Positions 37,301 to 46,603 of a DNA stretch of 64,000 bases are shown here, in pieces. The stretch comes from Lachnospiraceae bacterium (GTDB taxonomy: Bacteria; Bacillota; Clostridia; Lachnospirales; Lachnospiraceae): NCBI GenBank assembly GCA_031547045.1, contig JAVBSN010000027.1, forward strand, positions 13,933 to 77,932, in the 5' to 3' direction. Position 1 is the first letter of the stretch. The number at the start of each line of letters is the position of its first letter. Below the pieces are notes generated by a model. That model was not told the DNA's origin. It did no database searches and was given only the letters and a program-made list of their open reading frames with translations. Both the position numbers and the translations under genes were made by a program.

Positions 37301-37729
37301 GGAATGAGCAATAGCATTGTGGATGCAGAGGATAGGGAAAGTGCTGAGGCAAAAATTGAGAAAAACCTAAAACTTAAGGGATTGGTTAATGAAGATTCAG
37401 ATGTTATAGATATATTTGATTCTACAAAAACTACAGTATTACCACTAACTGTTGATAAGGAAAATGTGATTAAAAAGGCGGATTTTATGATTTCTGGGGA
37501 ACAATTTTTGAAATTAGGAAAATACGCAGATAAGAAGTTAAAAGAATATGGTAATAGCATAACAGAAGGAAATGTTGATATATCTCCTGTATACAATAAT
37601 GGATATACACCATGTAAATATTGCCCATATAATTCTATGTGTAGATTTGATTGTAATAATATAAGCAACTATAGATATATAGAAAAAGAAAATAGTGAGC
37701 AAATATGGAATGAAATTGATAAGGAGTAA
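34400..37729 (+). CDS. addB: ATP-dependent helicase/deoxyribonuclease subunit B (AddB)
   Basis: 1109 aa. N-terminal GASGSGKS P-loop. C-terminal nuclease with Fe-S cysteines (CPYSFY ... CKYCPYNSMC). Confidence 0.9.
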   Translation: MSIKMYLGASGSGKSYNMYSEVIEESINSNDSFIIVVPEQFTMETQRDIVNMHPNKGTMNIDIVSFNRLAFRVFEELNIVNNKLLDDLGKTMIVRKLIEGSKNKLKIFGSCVDKVGFIDEVKSIISELYQYDIDLEDIENLVKDIGEDELLSWKLQDIYLLYSKFMEYIANEYIVSEEVMDILGDVAPSSNILRDSVICFDGFTGFTPIQYKLIERLGNIAKELRFTITISENHYKKGKSLPHDLFYLSTDTIDKINEIGKRSNIEISMPIICDNKENGRFSTGGELSHLERNIFRFPYDKYEKQVENINVKASRDVRQETYYVARNIKNMVMNEGYSYNDIAVVSGNLEDIQHIYNEIFPKFNIPYFIDTNISINNNPAIEAIKALFRISIDDFSYESVFRYLKTGISNIDDNDIEVMENYVLKYGVRGITMYNNEWRDKDIDNIKSMFLNEVKLVVNQNIKKVTVLEYSKLLFEFICSIDMYGKLENEAIELEKCDKVNESKIYKQVYDKIIDVLDKIVEMLGDTIVSDEEYLQLIEEGLDSIDLGIIPPSKDRVIIGDIERTRLNHIKVLFFVQVNDGIIPKKGSDTGVFNDSDKETLEGFGLRLAPTNRQNSFTEQFYLYLNLTKAEEKIYVSYVEVDASGVSLKSSYIINRISNMFPRLVIDERMELSKEEVNSIAEGNILILEGINNQKVDNLRDVYEASINSGDTTGIEAILEGINYTYETKGLSINIAKQLYGENVKGSISKLESYANCPYSFYLRYGLELKEREIYKINNSNIGIVLHGAMERMFSYVNDNGDISWKELSDEQRDSLADRFLDEAIAEEESNVFEDTNRNKYLVRKMRGISRRSIKTLQKQINSGSMQPVYFEKKFDGHLGNRNANIELDNGSILQINGVIDRVDICEKDDKVYVSIVDYKSSKKDFDVNDFYNGLQLQLPIYMKIVLELVKEQYPNKEIIPTGMFYYGMSNSIVDAEDRESAEAKIEKNLKLKGLVNEDSDVIDIFDSTKTTVLPLTVDKENVIKKADFMISGEQFLKLGKYADKKLKEYGNSITEGNVDISPVYNNGYTPCKYCPYNSMCRFDCNNISNYRYIEKENSEQIWNEIDKE

Positions 37730-37732
37730 TTT

Positions 37733-40700
37733 ATGAAGTGGACAGATGCTCAACAGAAAATAATTGATTCAAGAGGTTCAAATTTATTAGTAGCTGCCGC
37801 AGCAGGTTCAGGTAAGACGGCTGTACTTGTGGAGCGAATAATTAGAATGATAATGGATGAGAGCAATCCTGTCGATGTAGATAGATTACTTGTAGTTACA
37901 TTTACAAATGCAGCAGCGTCTCAGATGAGAGAGAAGATTAGCAAAGCATTGGAAGAGAAATTAGAGATTCAACCAGAAAATGAACATTTAGTAAAACAAA
38001 TTTCTTTGTTAAATAGGGCTAATATAATGACTATTGATAGTTTTTGCCTTAAAGTGGTTAAGGAGAATTTTAATATTATTGGCATAGATCCTAATATGAG
38101 AATTGCTGATGGTGGAGAGATAGACTTATTAAAGGCTGATGTTATGGACAAGCTGTTAGAAAAGAAATATATAGAGGGTAGAGAAGAATTTATTAGATTT
38201 GTAGATGGTTTTTCAGGTGATAAGTCAGATGAGAAGATAGAGAATATTATAGAAAATATATATAGGGTATCATCATCATATCCATACCCAGAACAATGGC
38301 TAAACAATGCCAAAGAAGCAATTAGTATAAATACCGAAGAAGAGTTATGTGGTACTCTTTGGTTCAAAAAACTATATGAATATATACAAAAAAATCTTGA
38401 AGATATTACATTGACTATTAATTATTGCATGGAAATATGTGATAAACCTTTAGGGCCATATATGTACAAGAAAACTGCTCTTGAAGATATGAAATTATTT
38501 CAAGATATGCAATCAGCAAGAACATATTCTCAATTAGTAGATGCATTTAATATAAAATTCCCAAGATTAGCTCAGTGTAGAGATGTAGATATTGATAAGG
38601 ATTTAGTGAATGAATTTAAGGATAGTAGAGATAACTATAAAAATATTTATAAGAGTATAAATTATTTTAATAAACCTATTGAGGAAGTTATTGAAGAATT
38701 TTCTGGTATTAAGGAAAGTGTCGAAGAGATTATTGATTTAACACTTGAATTTAGAAATATGTTCGCTAAGGCAAAGATGGACAAAGGAATAATGGATTTT
38801 TCTGATGTTGAGCATATGGCATTAAATATACTATGCTATGGATATAATGAAGAAAATAAAATAGTCCCATCAAAAACAGGAATAAAGCTAAGTGAAGATT
38901 TTGTAGAAATATTTATTGATGAATATCAAGATAGTAACTATCTTCAAGAGAATATATTATTATGTGTTTCCAAAATTAATAAAGGTATTAATAATATGTT
39001 TATGGTTGGTGATGTAAAACAAAGTATATACAGATTTAGAATGGCTAGACCTGATTTGTTTTTGGATAAATATAACTCTTATGGTGATACAGGAGATTCT
39101 ATAAAAATAGAACTTAAAAACAATTTTAGAAGTAGAGGAGTTGTTTTAGAAGCTATTAACTATATTTTTTATCAAATCATGGATGAAAGTATAGGTGGCA
39201 TAGATTACAATACAGAAGTTGCCTTAGTGCCAAGTAGAGAATTTGATGATACAGAAGAAAATATATCTACAAATACTGAATTAATGATTATTGACACAGA
39301 TGGTGATAGTAAATTAGATGATATAGAATTAGAGGCCAAGTCAATTGCTTTAAGGATACAGAAATTAACAGGTAATGTAGGTAATGCACCAACATTAGTA
39401 TGGGATAGTGAACTAGGTAAATATCGAAATGCAGAATACAGAGATATTGTTATATTATTAAGAAGTCCTAAATCCATGTCGAATACGTTTATAAAAGTGT
39501 TATCTGATGAGGGAATATTAGCGCATACATTTATAGATAGTGGATATTTTGATACAGTTGAAGTAAATACAGTATTGTGCTTTTTGTCTATAGTAGATAA
39601 TGCATATCTTGATATAGAATTAGCATCTGTATTAAGGTCATATATAGGAAGGTTTTCAGAAGAAGAATTAGCTATTATTAAGATAAGACAAAAAAGATAT
39701 AGAAAAGATAGAAGTTTATATAGAGCTGTTGTAGAGTATGCAGAAAATGGTGATAATCAGATTATTGCTGAAAAGTTAAGGTTAGTAATATCCTTATTAA
39801 CAGACTTTAAGCACTATAGAAAACATATGTCTATTAATGATATGTTATGCAGGTTTTTTCAGCGAACTGGATATTATGAATATGTTGGTATGATGCCTAG
39901 TGGGAAGAAGCGACAATCCAATCTTATGTTACTTCTTGAAAAAGCAAATTCCTATGAGCAGACAAGCTATAAAGGATTATTTAATTTTCTAAGATACATA
40001 GATAAACTTAAAAAGTATGACTTGGATTTTGGTGAAGTAAATGTAGTAGGTGAACAAGATAATATTGTTAGAATTATGAGTATGCATAAAAGCAAGGGAT
40101 TAGAATTTCCTATTGTATTTGTAAGCGGTTTGGGCAAACAGTTTAATAATTCGGAAACAAGAGAAAATATTATTATTCATTCTGATTATTTCTTAGCACC
40201 AAAGTTAGTAAATGTTGATGAAATGAGAAAAAGTGATACCTTTTTAAGAAAAGTAATTTCTCAAAGTATAAAATTAGAGAATATAGCAGAATCTTTAAGA
40301 ATATTATATGTGGCTATGACTAGAGCAGAAGAAAAGTTAATACTTACTGGTTGTGTTAAGAATGTGGCTTCATATATAAGATCATATATAAATGTTGATA
40401 AAAATAATTTAATAAGATTATCCTATAGTGATGTAATAAATAGCAAGGGTTATTTGGAGTGGATTATAAAGGCACTAATAAGAAATAAAGATTTTAATGA
40501 GTTTGCAAATTCTATTGAAGCAGTACCTGATAAAAAGGGAGATGGTGTAATAGATTGTGGATATGAACTTAATAACGAATTAAAGGCTGATGGCACTAGT
40601 TTTTCTATAAGATTATTTAATAATGAAAGTTTAGATGAGATTAATTTATATAATCAGGTAGAAGGAATAGAGCTGGCATCAGTTGTAGATGAATTGGTTA

Positions 40701-41431
40701 ATAGTGGGTTAGATAATGGGGATTATGAAACCTTATTAAATAAGATTAATTGGATATATCCTAATGAACAAGTAACAAAAGTAAAGGGAAAAGTGTCAGT
40801 TACAGAACTTAAGAAAATGAGTCAAGTGGTAGATGGTGATTACATAATGGATACCCTTAAAGAGGAAAGAGAAATTAAGTATCCAAGATTTATTAAGGAA
40901 CCAGAAATTGCACCTACAACCATCGGCACAGCAATACATAAGGTTATGGAATTAATTGAATTTCAAAGTATTAGTGACAAAGAACAAGTGGATATTGCTA
41001 TTGACGCAATGGCTTCAAAGGGATATATTGACCAAGAGTTAGTAGAGAAAATGTCTAGCAAGTCTATATATAATATGATTAACAGTAGTCTAGGTAAAAG
41101 AATGGCGAAGGCAGAAAAAGCAGGTAAACTATATAAAGAAAAACAATTTGTCGCAGGATTGCCTATGGAATATGTATATGGATTTGGAAAAAGTGACGAT
41201 ACAGTTATAATACAAGGTATTGTTGATGCCTACTTTGTTGAAGATAATAAAATAATTATTGTTGATTATAAGAGCGATAAAGCATATGGTAAAAAAGGTA
41301 AGGAAGAATTAATAAAAAAGTATAGAAGTCAACTAGACTATTATGCTAAGATATTAGAGCAATTAACAGGATTAGAAGTTACTGAGAAATACATATATTC
41401 ATTTATGTTAGAAGAAGCCATTCTAATATAA
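37733..41431 (+). CDS. addA: ATP-dependent helicase/nuclease subunit A (AddA)
   Basis: 1232 aa. UvrD-like motifs (AAAGSGKT, DEYQDSN) and a C-terminal RecB-type nuclease (GIVDAY...DYKSD). Confidence 0.95.
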   Translation: MKWTDAQQKIIDSRGSNLLVAAAAGSGKTAVLVERIIRMIMDESNPVDVDRLLVVTFTNAAASQMREKISKALEEKLEIQPENEHLVKQISLLNRANIMTIDSFCLKVVKENFNIIGIDPNMRIADGGEIDLLKADVMDKLLEKKYIEGREEFIRFVDGFSGDKSDEKIENIIENIYRVSSSYPYPEQWLNNAKEAISINTEEELCGTLWFKKLYEYIQKNLEDITLTINYCMEICDKPLGPYMYKKTALEDMKLFQDMQSARTYSQLVDAFNIKFPRLAQCRDVDIDKDLVNEFKDSRDNYKNIYKSINYFNKPIEEVIEEFSGIKESVEEIIDLTLEFRNMFAKAKMDKGIMDFSDVEHMALNILCYGYNEENKIVPSKTGIKLSEDFVEIFIDEYQDSNYLQENILLCVSKINKGINNMFMVGDVKQSIYRFRMARPDLFLDKYNSYGDTGDSIKIELKNNFRSRGVVLEAINYIFYQIMDESIGGIDYNTEVALVPSREFDDTEENISTNTELMIIDTDGDSKLDDIELEAKSIALRIQKLTGNVGNAPTLVWDSELGKYRNAEYRDIVILLRSPKSMSNTFIKVLSDEGILAHTFIDSGYFDTVEVNTVLCFLSIVDNAYLDIELASVLRSYIGRFSEEELAIIKIRQKRYRKDRSLYRAVVEYAENGDNQIIAEKLRLVISLLTDFKHYRKHMSINDMLCRFFQRTGYYEYVGMMPSGKKRQSNLMLLLEKANSYEQTSYKGLFNFLRYIDKLKKYDLDFGEVNVVGEQDNIVRIMSMHKSKGLEFPIVFVSGLGKQFNNSETRENIIIHSDYFLAPKLVNVDEMRKSDTFLRKVISQSIKLENIAESLRILYVAMTRAEEKLILTGCVKNVASYIRSYINVDKNNLIRLSYSDVINSKGYLEWIIKALIRNKDFNEFANSIEAVPDKKGDGVIDCGYELNNELKADGTSFSIRLFNNESLDEINLYNQVEGIELASVVDELVNSGLDNGDYETLLNKINWIYPNEQVTKVKGKVSVTELKKMSQVVDGDYIMDTLKEEREIKYPRFIKEPEIAPTTIGTAIHKVMELIEFQSISDKEQVDIAIDAMASKGYIDQELVEKMSSKSIYNMINSSLGKRMAKAEKAGKLYKEKQFVAGLPMEYVYGFGKSDDTVIIQGIVDAYFVEDNKIIIVDYKSDKAYGKKGKEELIKKYRSQLDYYAKILEQLTGLEVTEKYIYSFMLEEAILI

Positions 41432-41452
41432 GTTATAATAGGAGGATTATAT

Positions 41453-41950
41453 ATGAGTGGAAGAGATTCAGAAGAATTACAAGGAGTATCTTTACTAGGG
41501 AATCAAGGCACAAAGTATCCAATGGATTATGCACCGGAAATATTAGAAAGTTTTATAAACAAGCATCAAGACAATGATTATTTTGTCAAATTTAATTGCC
41601 CAGAGTTTACAAGTCTTTGTCCTATGACTGGACAACCTGATTTTGCTACAATATATATATCTTATATACCAGATGTAAAGATGGTGGAGAGTAAATCTCT
41701 AAAGTTATATTTATTTAGTTTTAGAAACCATGGAGATTTTCATGAAGACTGCGTAAATATTATTATGAAAGATTTAATTAAATTAATGGATCCTAAGTAT
41801 ATAGAAGTTTGGGGTAAGTTTACTCCAAGAGGAGGTTTATCGATTGATCCATATTGTAATTATGGTAAGTCAGGGACTAAGTGGGAAGATGTAGCATTTA
41901 ATAGAATGGCTAATCATGACATGTATCCTGAAAAGATTGATAATAGATAA
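41453..41950 (+). CDS. queF: NADPH-dependent 7-cyano-7-deazaguanine (preQ0) reductase
   Basis: 165 aa. The signature is [20 protein letters not shown] and [20 protein letters not shown]. Confidence 0.95.
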   Translation: MSGRDSEELQGVSLLGNQGTKYPMDYAPEILESFINKHQDNDYFVKFNCPEFTSLCPMTGQPDFATIYISYIPDVKMVESKSLKLYLFSFRNHGDFHEDCVNIIMKDLIKLMDPKYIEVWGKFTPRGGLSIDPYCNYGKSGTKWEDVAFNRMANHDMYPEKIDNR

Positions 41951-41971
41951 TTATTGTATAGAGGAAGCAAT

Positions 41972-43261
41972 ATGAATTATGAAGAAGTAGTTGAGTATAT
42001 ATTATCTATACCTAAATTTGCTAAGAAAATTGGTACAGATAACTTAAAGATTTTATTAGAACATCTAGGGAATCCTCATTTAAAAATAAAATGTATTCAT
42101 GTAGCAGGAACTAATGGTAAAGGTTCAACATCTATGTTTATATCAGATTTGTTAATGGGTAATGGATATAAGGTAGGTATGTTTACATCACCTCACTTAG
42201 TTAAGATTAATGAGAGATTTAGAATTAATAAACAATTTATTAATGATACAGAATTTGTTGAATGTTTTTGCAAAGTAGAGAAATCAGTTAAGGAATTACA
42301 AGAGGCAGGATATGCCCATCCTTCATTTTTTGAATATGTATTTGCTATAGGGGCAGTATGGTTTCAACTAAGACAGGTGGATTATGTTATTTATGAAACT
42401 GGTATGGGGGGAAGATTAGATGCAACAAATGTTGTAGAACCTGAAGTTACAATAATAACATCTGTAGGATATGATCATATGCAATATCTTGGAAATACCA
42501 TAGAAAATATTGCAAAAGAAAAGGCAGGTATTATTAAATCCTCAGTTCCTACAATATACTTTAAAAGGGATAGGGAATCATCTCGAATAATAGAAAGCGT
42601 TGCTAATTCATTAGACAGTAAGGTTTATACTGTCGATAATAGTAATTATATAATTGATAAAATAGGGGATAAAACAATTGATTTTTCTTTTGATTGTGGT
42701 TATTATAGTTATGTCAATATAAGCATAAAAAAAACAGCAATATATCAAATTGAAAATAGTATTTTATCTATAATTGCAGTTAATGTCTTATTAAACAAGA
42801 GATTAGATGCTGATAATATAAACAACATTTTATCTAATTCTTATTGGGAAGGTAGAATGGAAGAGATACTTACAGATGTATATGTAGATGGAGCTCATAA
42901 TGTAGAGGCAATAGAAGCGTTTACTGATACAGTATTAAAATGTTATAATGATAAGGATATTATTTTAATATTTGCTGTAGCAAATGATAAGGATTATGTA
43001 GATATGATTAAATATCTATGTGACAAACTTGTCTTTTCAAAAATATATGTTACATCAATAAAGGGAGATAGAACAACTGCTGCCTATGATATAAAAAATA
43101 TATTTAATGAATATTGCGATAGCATAGTAGAGGTTATAGATAATTCTAGAGAAGAATTTAAGGGCATTATAGATTTAAAGAATAATAGTGAGAGAATATT
43201 TTGTGTAGGTTCTCTTTATTTAATAGGAGATATAAAAGAGCAGATTTGTACAGATATATAG
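41972..43261 (+). CDS. folC: Folylpolyglutamate synthase / dihydrofolate synthase
   Basis: The ATG at 41972 follows AGAGGAAG. HVAGTNGKGST P-loop. Mur-ligase fold. Confidence 0.9.
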   Translation: MNYEEVVEYILSIPKFAKKIGTDNLKILLEHLGNPHLKIKCIHVAGTNGKGSTSMFISDLLMGNGYKVGMFTSPHLVKINERFRINKQFINDTEFVECFCKVEKSVKELQEAGYAHPSFFEYVFAIGAVWFQLRQVDYVIYETGMGGRLDATNVVEPEVTIITSVGYDHMQYLGNTIENIAKEKAGIIKSSVPTIYFKRDRESSRIIESVANSLDSKVYTVDNSNYIIDKIGDKTIDFSFDCGYYSYVNISIKKTAIYQIENSILSIIAVNVLLNKRLDADNINNILSNSYWEGRMEEILTDVYVDGAHNVEAIEAFTDTVLKCYNDKDIILIFAVANDKDYVDMIKYLCDKLVFSKIYVTSIKGDRTTAAYDIKNIFNEYCDSIVEVIDNSREEFKGIIDLKNNSERIFCVGSLYLIGDIKEQICTDI

Positions 43262-43286
43262 ATGTATATTACCTTAGGAGGAAAAT

Positions 43287-43430
43287 ATGATTAATTTTGA
43301 TGAAGAAATAAAAAAATTTAAACCTATACTTGAAGTGGATCAGGCAGAAGAAGCTATATATCAAAATGACTTAAAGGATATGACAGACGTTATGCAAGAA
43401 ATGATGAAAGAGATTAAGAAAAATAGTTAG
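43287..43430 (+). CDS. Unlisted small ORF (47 aa), hypothetical
   Basis: AGGAGG lies 5 nt before the ATG. Translation is MINFDEEIKKFKPILEVDQAEEAIYQNDLKDMTDVMQEMMKEIKKNS. It fills the folC-TPR gap exactly and is below the ORF-track size cut-off. Confidence 0.5.
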   Translation: MINFDEEIKKFKPILEVDQAEEAIYQNDLKDMTDVMQEMMKEIKKNS

Positions 43431-43443
43431 GTAAGGTGAGCAT

Positions 43444-44883
43444 ATGAATTGTATAATATGTGGTTCACCTGTACTAATAAGTGATTATTGTAGTAATTGT
43501 GGACTAAAACAAGATTTTTTAAAAAAGGCATTTAATACATCTAATTATTATTATAATGTTGGATTGGATAGAGCAAGTGTTAGGGATTTAACAGGTGCTA
43601 TAGATGTATTAAAATTATCACTTAAGTATAATAAAAGAAATACTGAAGCAAGGAACTTGCTTGGATTAATTTATTATGAAATGGGTGAAACGGTTGAGGC
43701 ATTAAGTCATTGGGTAGTAAGTACCCATTATGATGAAAATAGAAATAGAGCATCTCTATATTTAAAAAGCATACAATCTAGTGCAGCTAAGCTAGAATCG
43801 GTGAATCAATTAGCTAAAAGATTTAATCAAACACTAATATATGCAGCTCAAAATAACAAAGATATAGCGTTAATACAACTTAAACGAATATTAGGGTCAT
43901 ATCCTCACTTTGTTAAAGGGTTCTTGCTTCTAGCCCTATTATATATAGATGCAGGTAACTATGATAAGGCAAAGAAAGCGCTTAAGAGAGTTCTTAAGAT
44001 TGATAAGAATAATACGTTAGCAATTAAATATATGTATGGTATGGAAGCTACACCTGAAGAAATAATAAAGGTTCGAGAGGATGCGGCAAAGTTAAATGTT
44101 GATAACGAAGAAGGATATGATGACGAGGATGAAGAACCCCTTACTATAGGTGAGATTGTAGAAGAACAACTTCGTCAGATAGATAATAATGAGAATCCCT
44201 TACAGGTTGGAAAATATAAAGAAATGAATTTTAGTAAGCATACTCTAGTGTATGTTATTGTAGGGCTTTTGTTAGGAGCACTTGCTACATATTTCTTGTT
44301 CTTACCAAATGTTAAAGATAAGATAGATGCAGATTATAAACAAGAAGAATTAGTTTATACAGATGAGATTGCCAAGAAGAACCTTACTATTACTAATCTT
44401 GAGTCCAAAATAGGATCTTTAGAAGAAAGTAATGATAAGTTAACAAAGGAATTAGATAGTTCTCCAGCCGATTTATCAGCAGCAGAAGCGTATGAAAGAT
44501 TAATAGCAGCTACTAATTATTATAATAGTGAAGATAAGCTTTCAGCAGCAGTTGAGCTTATAGGAATATCAGAAGCAGTATTTACATCAGATACAACAAA
44601 AGAAATGTATAATAAGATAAAAAATAATTGTTTTACAGAAGCAGCAAATAAGTTGTTTACTGATGGTAAAGAATTATATGATGCAGGAGATTACGAAGGT
44701 GCGTTAGAAGCATTTAAGAAATCGGTATCACTAAATGAAGAAAGTGAAGATGGCTTATACTATTTAGCAATGACATATGAGCTTAACAATTTGCATGATG
44801 AAGCTTCACAGTATTTTACATTACTTAATGAGAAGTTTCCTGAAAGTGAATATCACAATAGTATAACACAGTATTTACAATAG
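43444..44883 (+). CDS. TPR-repeat protein with an N-terminal zinc-ribbon and a central TM helix
   Basis: 479 aa. CIICGSP...CSNCG, TPR-like repeats on both sides of a TM segment (LVYVIVGLLLGALATYFLF) and a coiled-coil region. Confidence 0.7.
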   Translation: MNCIICGSPVLISDYCSNCGLKQDFLKKAFNTSNYYYNVGLDRASVRDLTGAIDVLKLSLKYNKRNTEARNLLGLIYYEMGETVEALSHWVVSTHYDENRNRASLYLKSIQSSAAKLESVNQLAKRFNQTLIYAAQNNKDIALIQLKRILGSYPHFVKGFLLLALLYIDAGNYDKAKKALKRVLKIDKNNTLAIKYMYGMEATPEEIIKVREDAAKLNVDNEEGYDDEDEEPLTIGEIVEEQLRQIDNNENPLQVGKYKEMNFSKHTLVYVIVGLLLGALATYFLFLPNVKDKIDADYKQEELVYTDEIAKKNLTITNLESKIGSLEESNDKLTKELDSSPADLSAAEAYERLIAATNYYNSEDKLSAAVELIGISEAVFTSDTTKEMYNKIKNNCFTEAANKLFTDGKELYDAGDYEGALEAFKKSVSLNEESEDGLYYLAMTYELNNLHDEASQYFTLLNEKFPESEYHNSITQYLQ

Positions 44884-44908
44884 ATTACTTTAGATAAAGC
44901 TTGGATTT

Positions 44909-44949
44909 AGGCTAGTCAGTTTAACTGACTGGCCTGTTTTTGTCTTTTT
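44909..44949 (+). terminator. Intrinsic terminator
   Basis: AGGCTAGTCAG-tttaa-CTGACTGGCCT followed by GTTTTTGTCTTTTT. Confidence 0.75.
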
Positions 44950-44998
44950 AAGACTAAATATAAATGATTATGAATAAAAATGGAAGAGAGGTATTGCA

Positions 44999-45328
44999 AT
45001 GGCTTTATGTAAGATGAAGGAGGATTATTTAGTAGTAAAAGTACCTAAAGAATTAGATCATCATGCGGCAGCAGATATTAGGGAAGATACAGATCAATAT
45101 TTTGTAAAAAAAATGGTCAAGTATGTAATTTTTGATTTTAGTGATACACAATTTATGGATAGTTCAGGAATAGGATTAATTATGGGTAGATATAAACAAG
45201 TAATAAATCTTAAAGGGAAAATTTATGTGTGTGGCATAAATGACTCTGTTAATAAAATATTTGAATTATCAGGTTTGTATAGAATTGTTAGTAAGGAAGA
45301 AGAATTGAAATCAAAAATAAAATGGTAA
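44999..45328 (+). CDS. spoIIAA: Anti-sigma F factor antagonist (STAS)
   Basis: 109 aa. Phosphorylatable DSSGIG motif. Sits in the operon with spoIIAB and sigF. Confidence 0.9.
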   Translation: MALCKMKEDYLVVKVPKELDHHAAADIREDTDQYFVKKMVKYVIFDFSDTQFMDSSGIGLIMGRYKQVINLKGKIYVCGINDSVNKIFELSGLYRIVSKEEELKSKIKW

Positions 45329-45346
45329 TTAAGGAGGATGATGGCT

Positions 45347-45787
45347 ATGAGTAGCACCAATGAAATGGTAGTGGAATTTAACAGTATATCTAAAAATGAA
45401 AGCTTTGCAAGAGTGGTGGTGGCAGCATTTGTTACAAGATTAGATCCAACACTAGAAGAAATCTCAGATATTAAGACAGCCGTATCTGAGGCGGTAACTA
45501 ATTCTATAATACATGGATATGATAATGCAGATGGAAAGATTCGAATAGAAATAGGAATAGAAGATAAAGATGTGACAATTATGATAAGTGATGAAGGAAA
45601 GGGAATAGAAGATATAGGAAAAGCTATGGAACCAATGTATACAACAAAACCTGAGTTGGATAGATCAGGTATGGGATTTGCGTTTATGGAGGCATTTATG
45701 GATGAGCTCAAAGTTGATTCCCAATTAGATAAAGGAACAAGAATTACAATGAGAAAGGTAATTGGTAAGCCTATCGACCAATATTAG
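45347..45787 (+). CDS. spoIIAB: Anti-sigma F factor (serine protein kinase)
   Basis: The N-terminus aligns with B. subtilis SpoIIAB (EFNSISKNESFARVVVAAF, AVSEAVTNSIIHGY). AAGGAGG abuts the first ATG (45338), so the ATG at 45347 or 45341 is preferred. The exact start is uncertain. Confidence 0.85.
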   Translation: MSSTNEMVVEFNSISKNESFARVVVAAFVTRLDPTLEEISDIKTAVSEAVTNSIIHGYDNADGKIRIEIGIEDKDVTIMISDEGKGIEDIGKAMEPMYTTKPELDRSGMGFAFMEAFMDELKVDSQLDKGTRITMRKVIGKPIDQY

Positions 45788-45796
45788 GTACATAAT

Positions 45797-46513
45797 ATGG
45801 ACAAGACTTTAGAGTTAATAAAGCTTGCAAAAGATGGGAATGTAGATGCTAGAGATAAAATTGTATCTGAAAATTTAGGATTAGTATGGAGTGTAGTTAG
45901 AAGATTTGGAAATAGGGGATATGAGTTAGATGATTTATATCAAATAGGTTGCATTGGATTAATAAAAAGTATAGATAAATTTGATTTATCATATGAAGTA
46001 AGATTTTCTACCTATGCGGTACCTATGATAACAGGAGAGATAAAAAGGTTTTTAAGAGATGATGGTATGATAAAGGTAAGTAGGTCTTTAAAAGAAATAG
46101 CGTATAAAGTAAAGATAGAAAAGGAAAAATATATTAATAAATATTGCAAAGAACCTACAATAAGTCAATTAGCAGCAAGTTTGGAGATTGAAGAGGAAGA
46201 AATAGTGGCTGCTCTAGAAGCAAATAGTGATGTGGAGTCAATATATAAGACAATATATCAAAGTGATGGTAATTCCATATATCTAATAGATAAGTTGGCT
46301 AGAGTAGAGGACGATAGTGATAGAATAGCAGATAGTATAGCACTAAATAATATGATTGATAATTTAGAAGAGAAAGAAAAGCAGTTAGTTATGTTAAGAT
46401 ACTATCAAGATAAAACACAAACTGATATTGCAAAAGTTTTAGGGATTTCCCAAGTTCAAGTATCTAGAATGGAGAAAAAGATATTGCTAAAATTAAGAAA
46501 ACAACTAGAATAG
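45797..46513 (+). CDS. sigF: Sporulation sigma factor F
   Basis: 238 aa with sigma-70 regions 2-4 (DLYQIGCIGLIKSIDKFD, ISQVQVSRMEKK). Confidence 0.9.
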   Translation: MDKTLELIKLAKDGNVDARDKIVSENLGLVWSVVRRFGNRGYELDDLYQIGCIGLIKSIDKFDLSYEVRFSTYAVPMITGEIKRFLRDDGMIKVSRSLKEIAYKVKIEKEKYINKYCKEPTISQLAASLEIEEEEIVAALEANSDVESIYKTIYQSDGNSIYLIDKLARVEDDSDRIADSIALNNMIDNLEEKEKQLVMLRYYQDKTQTDIAKVLGISQVQVSRMEKKILLKLRKQLE

Positions 46514-46537
46514 GCGTAACCACTGTAAAATTTTGTG

Positions 46538-46566
46538 TTGATTATGAATTATTAAAATGTTACAAT
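46538..46566 (+). promoter_or_regulatory. Candidate sigma-A promoter of secA (extended -10)
   Basis: TTGATT-17 nt-(TGt)TACAAT. Confidence 0.55.
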
Positions 46567-46603
46567 ATACTTTGCATATCAAAACAAGGTAGGAGTGTAA
46601 AAT

